From Octopus sinensis (taxonomy: Eukaryota): a stretch of 64,000 nt of DNA. The number at the start of each line of letters is the position of its first letter. Positions within the stretch are counted from its first letter, which is position 1. Below the pieces are notes generated by a model that had not been told where the DNA came from, did no database searches, and saw nothing but the letters and a program-made list of their open reading frames with translations. Location of the stretch: positions 310,001 through 374,000 of the forward strand of contig NC_043024.1 of NCBI RefSeq assembly GCF_006345805.1. The letters run 5' to 3'. A program made the position numbers and the translations under genes. Below are positions 54,263-64,000 of this stretch, piece by piece.

Positions 54263-57200
54263 CTAGAAAAGACAACAAAATATCAAATTATTAAATAATG
54301 AAGTTAATGGGGCTGAGAAGTTGAGAAGCTTGCTTCCCAGGGTTGCAGGTTCAGTCCCTCTGCATGCCACTTTGGGTAAGGGTCTTCTAAAATCCCAGGT
54401 TAATCAAAGTCTTGTCAGTGTATTTAGTAGACAGAAACTGAAAATGTCCATCGTGTGTGTGTGTGTGTGTGTGTGTTAGTAAAAAAGTTTGCAGTGTTTT
54501 AAGTAAAATTCATTATACGTGGCTGTGTGGTAAGAAGCTTGCTTCCCAACCGCATGGTTTTGGGTTCAGTCCCACAGCATGGCACCTCAGGCAAGTGTCT
54601 TCCACTATAGCCCCAGGCTGACCAAAGCCTTGTGAGTGGATTTGGTAGAGAGAAACTGAAAGAAGCTTGTTGTGTGTGTGTGTGTGTACAGGATGTTCAG
54701 GCAAAACTTGACAGTTTTCAAACTATAAAAGGAAAAGAAAACCATATCCCATCAAAAAATAAAAGTATTTTAAAAAATTACAAAATATCAACTGGATTTT
54801 TATGGCAGGGATATAATGGTTTACTCAAAGTAGCTGCCTTCAGCCAGTTTCAACCACAGCCTCAAGATGGGGGTCAATCTATTTGACTAAACTTTTCAAA
54901 GCAGTGCTCCAGCATGGCTGCAGTCTAATGACCGAAACAAGCAAAAGGTAAAGCTGTACCGTTGCACCTTCTGTGGAAATTGTCAGAGAGAGGAGAAGGA
55001 AGAGTTGTTACCTGATTGGAGTGGTTTTCACTTCTACTGGCACCACTGCTGCTCCCAAATTGTTTCCGTTTCCTCTCAGGAGCCAACTGATTCTGCAGGG
55101 AGGAAGAAAAGATGTTCAGATACCCAGACACACATCTAACCAAAGTAGAATCAGAATCTATAAAGACCAGCCAAAATGCCATTAAAATTCTAAATGTTTT
55201 TTTCAAAAGTTAATTCTTACAGAAGCTAGGTTCTCAGAATTTAACATAAAAAAAACCTTGAAATTCAGAATAAGTATTTCCCAAATACAAGTAGTTCTTG
55301 AAACAAAAGAAAAAAAAGCCAGATTGCTAACACCACATCACCCCAACCCCACCTACTGTAACCAATACCATAATATCTACAGAACAAGACATATGCTTAA
55401 TACTGCCACATCACATTACTAGCTTACTATAACTAACACTAATACAACCCCACCCCCACTACCACTGCTACTACCACCACCACCGTAACCACCACTACTA
55501 CTACTACTACAATAACCAATATACTCACGTGAAATTCAAAATACTCAGGTGAGAGACTTTCCAGAAACAGAATCCTTTTTTCCAGTTGTTTCAACGTGTC
55601 AAAGACTTGGGATTTCTTGGAGTCATCTGCAGGAATTTCAACCAAAGACAAAGTCAAGAAAAGCTCAATCATTATGTTATATACAAATACATGGTGAACA
55701 CACAATAACACACTCTGCAGGGAGATGCATACAAGACAAAAGTACCCCGGGATAAAGGACCAGTCTCAGTGCCATGTGAAAAGCACCCACACACCGGTGC
55801 CACATACAAAGCACCCATCCCAGTGCCCTGTAAAAAGCAGCCAAGCTGAGGTCACTTAAAAAGTACCCGTGCCAATGACAAGTATTAATCCCCTGTGCCA
55901 GTTCCAAGTAAAGGGGTTGGCATTAGGAAAGGCATCCAGCCATAGAAACCTTGCCAAAATAGACAATTGGAGCCTGGTGCAGCTCTCCAGCCTTGCCAAC
56001 CCCTGTCAAACTGTCCAACCCATGCCATCATGGAAAACAGGTGTTAAACAATAATGATGATGATGTTACAGGTGTGCCACTCACACAATATCCTACTCTA
56101 CACCTTTTTACAGTTTAAAATTATGTCAATACATATTGAAATAAACTTGAAGCATTTCTAAAATAATCACAAAGCAAATTAAATCTTTTGTTGCTGTGTT
56201 TCTATTAAAATAGGTGCAGCAATATCAAAGGAAGGCTAACTGGGAAGATAGTTTTTGTTTGTGGTAAATGTTCAGGAGCAATAAACACTGAAAATGTGCA
56301 GAGAACAGCTTCTGTCACATTGCAGGGAGAAAAACTACAAGTAGTTGATAGCTTCCATTACCTTAGGTGACCAAGTCAGTAGCAGGGGAGGGTGCACTGA
56401 AAGTGTAACTGCTAGAATAAGAATAGCCTGGGCTAAGTTCAGAGAGTTCTTATTTCTGCTAGTGATAAAGGACCTCTCGCTCAGAGTAAAAGATAGACTG
56501 TATGATGCATGTGTGTGAACAGCCATGCTACATGGCACTGACACATGGCTGTGACTGGTGAGGACATGCGTAAGCTTGCAAGGAATGAAGCTAGCATGTG
56601 TTTGCTACTTAGCCACAACAGAAAACAAAGTGGTATGAAGGTATGAACACTTGATACATATCAGCTATGCTGACGATTGTGTGTGTGTGTGTGTGTGTGT
56701 ATAAATGCATACACATAACAAAGTGAGACATTAAAGTTGTGCTATTTACATTCTATGTGGAGGTGAGATGCCATGTTGGAGACTCGTTCTTCAACTCCTG
56801 AAAACAAGTTGCTTGGTTCCTGTTTCACTGCAACTGGGTTCTCTGTTTCCTGTTTAATTTTGGAGAACAACGAAAAGGAAGGGACACTGCTGGGGATGTG
56901 CAGCTGTGGGCCATTGATGTTTTCTATACGAGACACTGTCAATGAGAAAGCAAATACATTTAAAGGACAAAAGGAAACAGGGTTTGGTAGAGGACATATT
57001 TACTTACCCATTCCACATTCTATGTGTGTGTGTGTGTATTACAGAAAAATATCTTGAAATACTAAAGAGTAAATTCATTCAATAAAATTGCCATTGGCTT
57101 CAACCACAACCTCCAGATGACTTCAGAATCTCCTGAAACTCTTCTGGATGGTTTCCTTGTTTAACTTGGTGAATGCTGCTATAATCCTTGCCTTCAGTTC

Positions 57201-57640
57201 ATCTTTGTTGTTACAAGAAGTTTTGTTGGTCTCTCACTCAACTGCGCCCCACACATAATAATCAATGGGGGTTGCAGTCTGATGAGTTATATATATATAT
57301 CATCATCATCATCATCCAGTGTTTTAAATCCAGGTCTTGTCCCTGATAAAGGGTATAACTGGATCTACCTCAATGCCATAGCAACCGAGGTAGGCAGGTG
57401 CAGCCCACCCCAACCTTTGGACTGGCTGGTGCCCATTCTCTTTTGCTATCAAAAGGCCTTTTGGGGGCTGGATTTTCTATGGGGAACATGCCCTTGCTTA
57501 CCCCCAAATTCAGTTTCTAGACATAAGTGGTCCCGAGACCAAGACCTTTACCACAAATCTTTAAGAAATGCGGTTAGAAAACTAGCTCAGGAAGGCAGGG
57601 ATGCTACTCCCTGAGACCCCTTTCAGAGCCCCTCCCACAC

Positions 57641-57671
<31 letters not shown>

Positions 57672-58844
57672 ATTTTGCAAGTCATCTTTGCCACTAATTA
57701 GACACACTGGCTGATTACAATTACTGCTCATTTATTATTCTTACGGTCACATGATCACATGTGGTAATATTTCAAAGCTATAACAAGTAGAATAAGGGAA
57801 CAGAGATTTCATGAGATTAGGACAAGGCCAGAAAGTGTGAGGAAGAAGAACTAAATACCAAAGGCTTTTGCAAAGGGGTTATAGTTTTATAAGGGCTACA
57901 AGGAAAGGTGGGGACAGGCGAGATTTTTAAGGAAAGATGAAAGATACAGAGATAGAAGGTTGGCACTTACCAGTAACATGACTCCTGGTTCCAAACCGGG
58001 GGACAAACACAGCCCCTGTTCTAGCACAGTGTTCTTTCTCCACTGAAATATGCAATGTTCATCTATTAATATGAGTGTGGGCCTAAAGTGGTGAGCGAAA
58101 TCATTAGCATGCTAAGGGTAAAGATGCTCAGTGGCATTTCGTCCATCTTTATGCTCTGAGTTCAAATTCTGACCAGATCAACTTTGTCTTTCATTCTTCT
58201 GGGTTTTATAAAATAAGTACCAGTTGCACACTGGGGTCGATGTTAACTGACCTAATCCCCTCCCCAAACTTGCTGGCCTTGTGCCAAAAATTGAACCCAA
58301 TATGAATGTGTGTGTGTGTGTATATACATACATCTTCATCCTATACCATTCCCTTGTTTCAGTCATTAGATGACAGCCATGCTAGGACTTGGCCTTGAAG
58401 AATTTTAGTCAAGCAAATCGTCCCCAGTACATATTCCTTTAAGCCTGTTACTTGTTCAGTCAGTCTCTTTTGCCAAACCACTAAGTTACAGGAACATAAA
58501 CACACTGACACTGGTTGTTAAGTGGTGGTGGTGGTGGGCAAACACACACACACATAGATATAAACACACACACACACACACATATACATATATATATATA
58601 TATAAATATATATGATGGGCTTCTTTCAGTTTCCGTCTACCAAATACACTCTCACAGCTTTGGTCAGCCTGAGACTATAGTAGAAGACACTTGCCCAAGG
58701 TGCCACACAGTGGGACTGAACCTGGAACTATGTGGTTGAGAAACAAGCTTATTACCACACAACCATGCCTGCACTTATATATGCAGCAACTGCAATAAGC
58801 ATAGCTGTGTGCACAGATGCATGTTAGAATATGAGAAAGAGAGA

Positions 58845-58882
<38 letters not shown>

Positions 58883-61800
58883 ATGAGCTGAGGTAAGAGA
58901 TGAAAGAGTGTATGAGGAAAAGGGAGAGGTGATAAAACAATGTGTTTACTGTGATAAGGAAAGAATTCCGAGCAAAATTCCCGTTTGTTCTCCTCGTCAA
59001 CGTCCAACCTTTTCTGTTCAATGAAAGCAGCAATCCGCCTGTCTATCTGTAAGGAGAGAATCAGGGTGAAACGTATTCAGAGGAGAACATATAATGAGAG
59101 AGAGGGAGAGAGAGAGTAATATATACTGAAGGAAAGAGAGAGAAACAAACAAGTACAGGAAGAGACAGAGAGAAATAGAGACGGACATCATCATCATCAT
59201 TGTTTAACGTCCGATAGACAGTGAAAATACATATACAGATAAGAGACAGGTTTGTGTCTCCTTGTCTTGACAGTAGTACATGATAATTGTAAATGATTGT
59301 CCCTGTCATACAAGCAGTGTCGTTCGTTTCCATAATAGTGCGATGTCAGGTCTCGCTAGAGTGAAATATTACCTCTTTTGTAAACAAGTCAGGGTTGGTG
59401 ACAGGAAGAGCATCCAACTGTAGAAAAATCTGCCTCAATATAGTGCATCAAACCCATGCAAGCATGGAAATGTGGATGTTAAAACAATGAAAATGACGCG
59501 GATGATGATGAAATAAATGACAAAGATTGATGGCCAGTCTAATTTGCATAATTCAAAAATACTAAAGTGAAACAAGGGAAATAACTCAAGTGGATTAAAA
59601 GGGTAAAGACCCCCTTCGATCATGATTGACCAGCCAGAAAGTTACCCTCTGAGGCAAAGTCCAGACAAGGCTGTTTTATGCAAGAACAACAGTTGCCCAT
59701 ATATACCAACCTCCCATCTTCACACTACCGAATTTGTCCAAGAGGAAAGGCAAAGGGGCCGATACAGCTTGGCACCAGTGATGTTGCAACTCATTTCTAC
59801 AGCTGAGTGGAATGGAGCAACATGAAATAAAGTGCCTTGCTCAAGAACACACAGCCCAGTCAAGGAATCGGACTTACATACATACATACATATACATGTA
59901 TGTATATAAAGGGTAAAGATCCCTTTTGGTCATGAATGACCATGGGAATGCACCTAGAAAGTTACCCTCTCAGGCACAAGTCCGGACAAGATTGTTTATG
60001 GAAGATCAGCAGTTGCCCATGAATACCAGCCTTCCTTCTCCATACCACTGATGTTACCCAAGGGAAAGGCAAAGGGGCCAATACAGCATGGCACCAGTGG
60101 CATTGCAACTCATTTCTACAGCTGAGTGAATGGGAGACAATGTGAAATAAAGTGTCTTGCTCAAGAAAACAACACAGCTTGGTAATCTGGATGCTTAAAA
60201 GTCAAAGCTCTATGCAGTCATTTGACCTGCTACAAATAACAGTCAAATCTTTCTCAGATCCTACCTTATCATCTTAGAAAAAAGAAAATAAAGGCAGGAC
60301 ACAATGAATAAGGCAGTTCCAGGGTGTTGCTAGAATACTAGAACACCTGCTCAACAGAGTTGATCTGGGACTAATCAGCAACAACAAGTAAAAGGTAAAA
60401 GGCTTTCAGTATTAACCCTTTAGCCATCCGTATCTGGCTCAGATATTCTACCTGTTTTATGTTCAATTTGGCCAGATCTTGCCTCTCGCACTTACCCTAC
60501 AATGTCATTCTAAATATAAGCATTCACATCATTGAACTCTCAGAGCTACAAGATAATGCTTAATTAATTCAAGACAATGGGATTAAATAAGGATTACATT
60601 TGACACAATAATCTGAATGCTGGAAGGTTAAACAACAATCAAAGCTATAACTTGAAATAAAAAATATTACCTCAGCTTTATTTGCTGTGATTTGGATTAA
60701 ATTTTTATCAATGCAGGATTTTCTCATGGAAGAATCAACCTCCAACTCAACCTTTTGACCTCCGGAGGCAAACTGTGGAAGCATTGTGGCTTCTTGGTTT
60801 GTCTGTGCAGCTTCCTGGGGTATCTCTGTATATGTATCACCATTGTCAGATGACGGAATCTCTTCAATCTCAGTCGGGGGGTCAGACTTTAGGGTTTCTA
60901 ATTCACTTTTGATTTTCTGCAAAACAAATAGTAGCAACAGCAGAAGTGGTACTAGTGGCATATATCTATGTGTGTGTGTGTGTGGAACAAGCCCATTATA
61001 TATGTATATAATGGGAAGGTTTACGAAAATAAACAAAAGACGAAGGCAGGTGGAGTACAAACAAACAATTGTATTAGTATGGCGCTCAGGAATAGAAATA
61101 GAACAAGTCTTTTACGTTTCGAGCCTACGCTCTTCGACAGAAAGATACACAGAAAAGAAACAAGGAGAGAAAAAAATTGCTTGTAGGGGCTAATGATCAC
61201 ACACATATATATATGGAAAAACAAGTCAAGGTAGAAAATAATTTTATAAAAAACATTTCAGTACCGGTTTCAGTCATTGAGACTTTTTCAACTGTAAGTA
61301 TGGAAAACTCTTAAATTTCGGAAAAATTAAAAGAAAAGTTTTTTTAAAGGAATATTTGCATAGTGTTCAAATACAAGGGGCATTTTCCTTGTTTCTGCCT
61401 GTTTCTGTCTCTCTTGTTTACTCTTGTGGGTTCGAGGTTGTATATATGTGTGTGTATGTGTCTTTGAGTCTGTGTTTGTCTCCCTAACAGATGTTGGTAT
61501 GCTTATATCCCTGTAACTTAGTGGTTCAGCAAGAGAGACCAATAGAATAAGTACAAGGCTTGCAAAGAATAAGTCCTGGGGTTGATTTGTTTGACTAAAA
61601 CCCTTTAAGGCTGTGCTCCAACATGGCCACAGTCAAATAACTGAAATGTGTAAAAGAATATATATATCTGTGTGTGTGTGTAGGCTCAAGAACAGGGGTG
61701 TGTTTGCATCCCTAAAATTGGAGAGGTGGAGGGGGGCAATGTAAAAGCTTTCAATGTCTTGGGTTGGACCTGGGTTTGCACCCCTTAAGCACATTTCTTC

Positions 61801-63024
61801 CCCCATACTTATGCGTGTGTGGTGTGTATGCAAATGAATGTATGCATGCGTGTGGGCGTCTGCGTTTGCCCACACCTCACCAACACTTGACAACTGGTGT
61901 TGCTTTGGTTATGTCCATGTAACTTAACAGTTCAGCAAAAGAGACTGACAGAATAAGTGCCGCACTTAAAGGATAAGTTACTGTAGTGATTTTTATTAAT
62001 TAAAAACCCCTTGGAGGCAGTGCTGTAGCATGGCCACAGTTCAATGACAGAAAGCAAGTTAAAAGCTGAAAGAACCCAGGCAGGAGGAGGAAGAGGAGGA
62101 AGGAGAGGAATAAGGATGGGTATGTGTGTGTATATATGTGTGTGTGTATCTATGTTAATGTGTGTGTATGTATCTGTATGTCTGTATATACTGTATATGT
62201 ACATATGTGTGTGTCTGTATGTGTGTGCGTGTATCTTTCTGTTAGTCCCTCTCCACCACTTGACATCTGGTGTTGGTTTGTTTACATCTCCATAACTCAG
62301 CAGTGAGACAAAAGAATTTGATAGAATCTGGTAGTTTTTTTCTGTTGATACTTACAGTTAACTGGTTTACTAAATGGTCCAATGCTGGTACAAAAAGTTC
62401 CTTCGGTATATCAGGAGCAGAGAGTAGGCAATGGTCGAGACTGCCAGTCGCCACTTTCTGGTCGTTGATTACCTGCAGCAGATAAATATTTCTTAATAAG
62501 TTTGTCTATACAAGTGTATATATGTTGTTATAGACACATGAGCGTATATAAGTACGCAGACTGTCATTAGACTGTGGCCGCAGTCTAATGACTGAAACAA
62601 ATAAGAGATAATAGACAAACATTAAGTTGAAAAACGCTTTGGGATCGAAAAAGTTGACGGCCGTTGGTAGGACTCGAACCCACATCTCCTGCAGACATGA
62701 CAGGCATGGGGCAACCTTCGATGTCTTTTCTATCCAAAACGGTTTATCAACGCAATGTTTACACGATATTATTTATAGACTTTATTCGATGATCGATCTT
62801 CGATTATTTCTCGAATCTTTATAAAATAATTTCGACGTCAATTGATAAACTTAATTTGTTGCTGTTTTAATTGGAAATACAGCAATCAAAAAATGAATGT
62901 GCTACACTTTGCACGTTTACGTTAAAGATTATTAACTCCCCAAATAATGACAAGGGTTTGTTTTACTTACAAAAGAAAGAAATCGGCGAATTTTGTGAAA
63001 AACACGTTTTTGAAGCTCAGCCAT
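54182..63024 (-). CDS. MBIP: MAP3K12-binding inhibitory protein 1, 9 coding exons: complement(join(54182..54262,55012..55092,55529..55626,56750..56935,57971..58042,58950..59046,60671..60916,62356..62472,62971..63024)); 343 aa
   Basis: The spliced translation contains ANKAEIDRRIAAFIEQKRLDVDEENKREFC, HCARTGAVFVPRFGTRSHVTVSRIENINGPQ, GVEERVSNMASHL, LKQLEKRILFLESLSPEYF and LSMWEINHRMKALRESL. These match, from recall, the conserved MBIP blocks (KAEIDRRISAFIERKQ, SCARTDAIF, VEERLQNIEAHL, KKLEDKILELEGISPEYF). All 8 introns are GT-AG with compatible phases (0,0,0,1,1,1,0,0), and the total of 1032 nt ends in TAG. Confidence 0.93.
55012..55092 (-). CDS. MBIP: MBIP exon 8 (NQLAPERKRKQF...), basic NLS-like stretch
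   Basis: Polypyrimidine tract plus CTGCAG acceptor, CAG|GTAAC donor, 81 nt. Confidence 0.85.
55529..55626 (-). CDS. MBIP: MBIP exon 7 (...LKQLEKRILFLESLSPEYFEFH)
   Basis: CCTGCAG acceptor, GTGAGT donor; leucine-zipper-like block. Confidence 0.92.
56750..56935 (-). CDS. MBIP: MBIP exon 6 (VSRIENINGPQ...VEERVSNMASHL)
   Basis: TTGACAG acceptor, GTAAAT donor, 186 nt, phase 1/1. Confidence 0.9.
57070..57282 (-). mobile_element. Mariner (DD37D-like) C-terminal fragment in MBIP intron 5
   Basis: PIDYYVWGAVERETNK...LEVVVEANGNFIE*. Confidence 0.75.
57971..58042 (-). CDS. MBIP: MBIP exon 5 (EKEHCARTGAVFVPRFGTRSHVT)
   Basis: TTTCAG acceptor, GTAAGT donor; CART motif. Confidence 0.92.
58950..59046 (-). 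CDS. MBIP: MBIP exon 4 (IDRRIAAFIEQK...REFC)
   Basis: CCTTACAG acceptor, GTAAAC donor; the most conserved block. Confidence 0.93.
60671..60916 (-). CDS. MBIP: MBIP exon 3 (KIKSELE...QITANKAE)
   Basis: TTTTGCAG acceptor, GTAATA donor, 246 nt; ends in the conserved LIQITANKAE. Confidence 0.88.
61108..61145 (-). ncRNA. Minimal type-I hammerhead-like motif (variant core)
   Basis: UCUUU-CUGUCGAA-GAGC(GUAG)GCUC-GAAACGUA-AAAGA. Confidence 0.5.
61259..61294 (-). ncRNA. Minimal type-I hammerhead-like motif (variant core)
   Basis: CAG-UUGAAAA-AGUC(UCAAU)GACU-GAAACCGGUA-CUG. Confidence 0.45.
62356..62472 (-). CDS. MBIP: MBIP exon 2 (VINDQKV...LVNQLT)
   Basis: CTGCAG acceptor, GTAAGT donor, 117 nt open, phase 0/0. 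Confidence 0.75.
62648..62743 (-). pseudogene. Degenerate tRNA-like sequence in MBIP intron 1
   Basis: Intact T-arm GTGGG-TTCGAGT-CCTAC, partial acceptor stem CCGTT/AACGG and a downstream T5; D arm and anticodon arm are poor. Confidence 0.3.
62971..63024 (-). CDS. MBIP: MBIP exon 1 (MAELQKRVFHKIRRFLSF)
   Basis: CAAAATGGCT start context and GTAAGT donor, phase 0. Sequence conservation is weak, so the assignment rests on splice signals and position. Confidence 0.75.
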
Positions 63025-63200
63025 TTTGACGATTCAAGGGAATTAACTCTGTCGGATCCAAGAAAGACAACTCATACTGACTTGGTGGTCCTTGTTCTTT
63101 ATTCTTCACTCGCGGGACCCGTGAATAGTTCACGGAATTAAGGGTAAACTTATTGGGTTATTATATCTGAAAGCTTTATCCAAAAAACCTGAAAGCGTAG
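63025..63200 (-). promoter_or_regulatory. Putative MBIP 5'UTR/promoter
   Basis: Unique, locally CpG-retaining sequence just upstream of the ATG; contains the inverted repeat CCGTGAA-TAG-TTCACGG (63119-63135). Confidence 0.45.
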
Positions 63201-64000
63201 CCTGTATTGTGTCTGTATCAAAAGAGAGTGGTTCCTTAGACAAATGGCTCAACCTTTCAGTAAAAAAGATCAGCTTGGTTTGTCTTTGTTAACACTGGAA
63301 CAGCTGGAAGCAGAAGAGATGCAGTCAAAACTGGAACAGTGTACTCAATACGTGTAAAAGAGGTGCCTGATTTAACAACTGCTGCTACTAGCCTCAAATA
63401 CCATTTGGGAATGAGTTGGTTTACAGCCACAGTCGCTTGTCACTTTATGCAAAGGAGGGATTGTGAAGGAGATGTAACAAGGATATCATGTCGTTGCAGA
63501 ACGGACCATATATCTGCAATACTTTAGCAAATCGATATTGTCTGGTCTTGTTCGGAGACGAGAGATTGTCAGTCTGCATGTCATATAAGAATTTTTTGTA
63601 AATATACATCTGTTAATCATTGAAAAGTGACAGATATTGGAATACAATGATCACGGAAAAAGATTAGTGAAAAAGAGAATACTTATGCTGAACTGTTGAG
63701 AAATCTGCAGTGACTCTATCCAGATTACAAGTTCAGGTTTGTACCTGTAATTATTGGGGCCCTAGGATATGTAACACACTGCCTCAATACCAGTCTTCAG
63801 AAATTAGGCTTCTCAAAGCCAGAAAGGAGAAAGCTGATTCGAAGACTACAGATCCAATCCATCACTGGAACTGTAAAACTTTCCAGAAGTTCATCATTTA
63901 AATATATATGAGCATGTCTAGATATGTAGCTATATGCATAAGAATACATACATAAAGTAAAACATGTAAATCTGCACATATACATTCATAAATACATACA

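Noticed and set aside
53973-54278. ORF-track peptide GFEYVGNKPSDE... as the MBIP last exon
   Set aside because: Wrong frame; the phase-0 frame gives the conserved coiled-coil and stop

Overview
AT-rich, repeat-dense eukaryotic DNA whose SINE, microsatellite and LINE content resembles octopus (cephalopod) genomes; the taxon is an inference. I found one complete protein-coding gene: MBIP (MAP3K12-binding inhibitory protein 1, an ATAC complex subunit) on the minus strand. It has 9 GT-AG exons from 63024 to 54182, a 1032-nt CDS and a 343-aa product, assembled by hand. The other ~54 kb has no recognisable host gene. It holds decayed DNA transposons (mariner, hAT, piggyBac, Helitron, a Merlin-type MITE), LINE fragments (RTE, CR1, R4/Dong-like), many SINEs and two large satellites. 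The long ORFs at 40.4-46.0 kb come from a 26-bp satellite. The most notable unannotated signal is a set of at least six minimal hammerhead-ribozyme-like motifs with non-canonical cores, of the Penelope type. Two lie on the sense strand of MBIP intron 2. Also notable are the TE-seeded two-variant satellite, a duplicated hAT region containing both a filled and an empty MITE site, and an inverted R4-like LINE.
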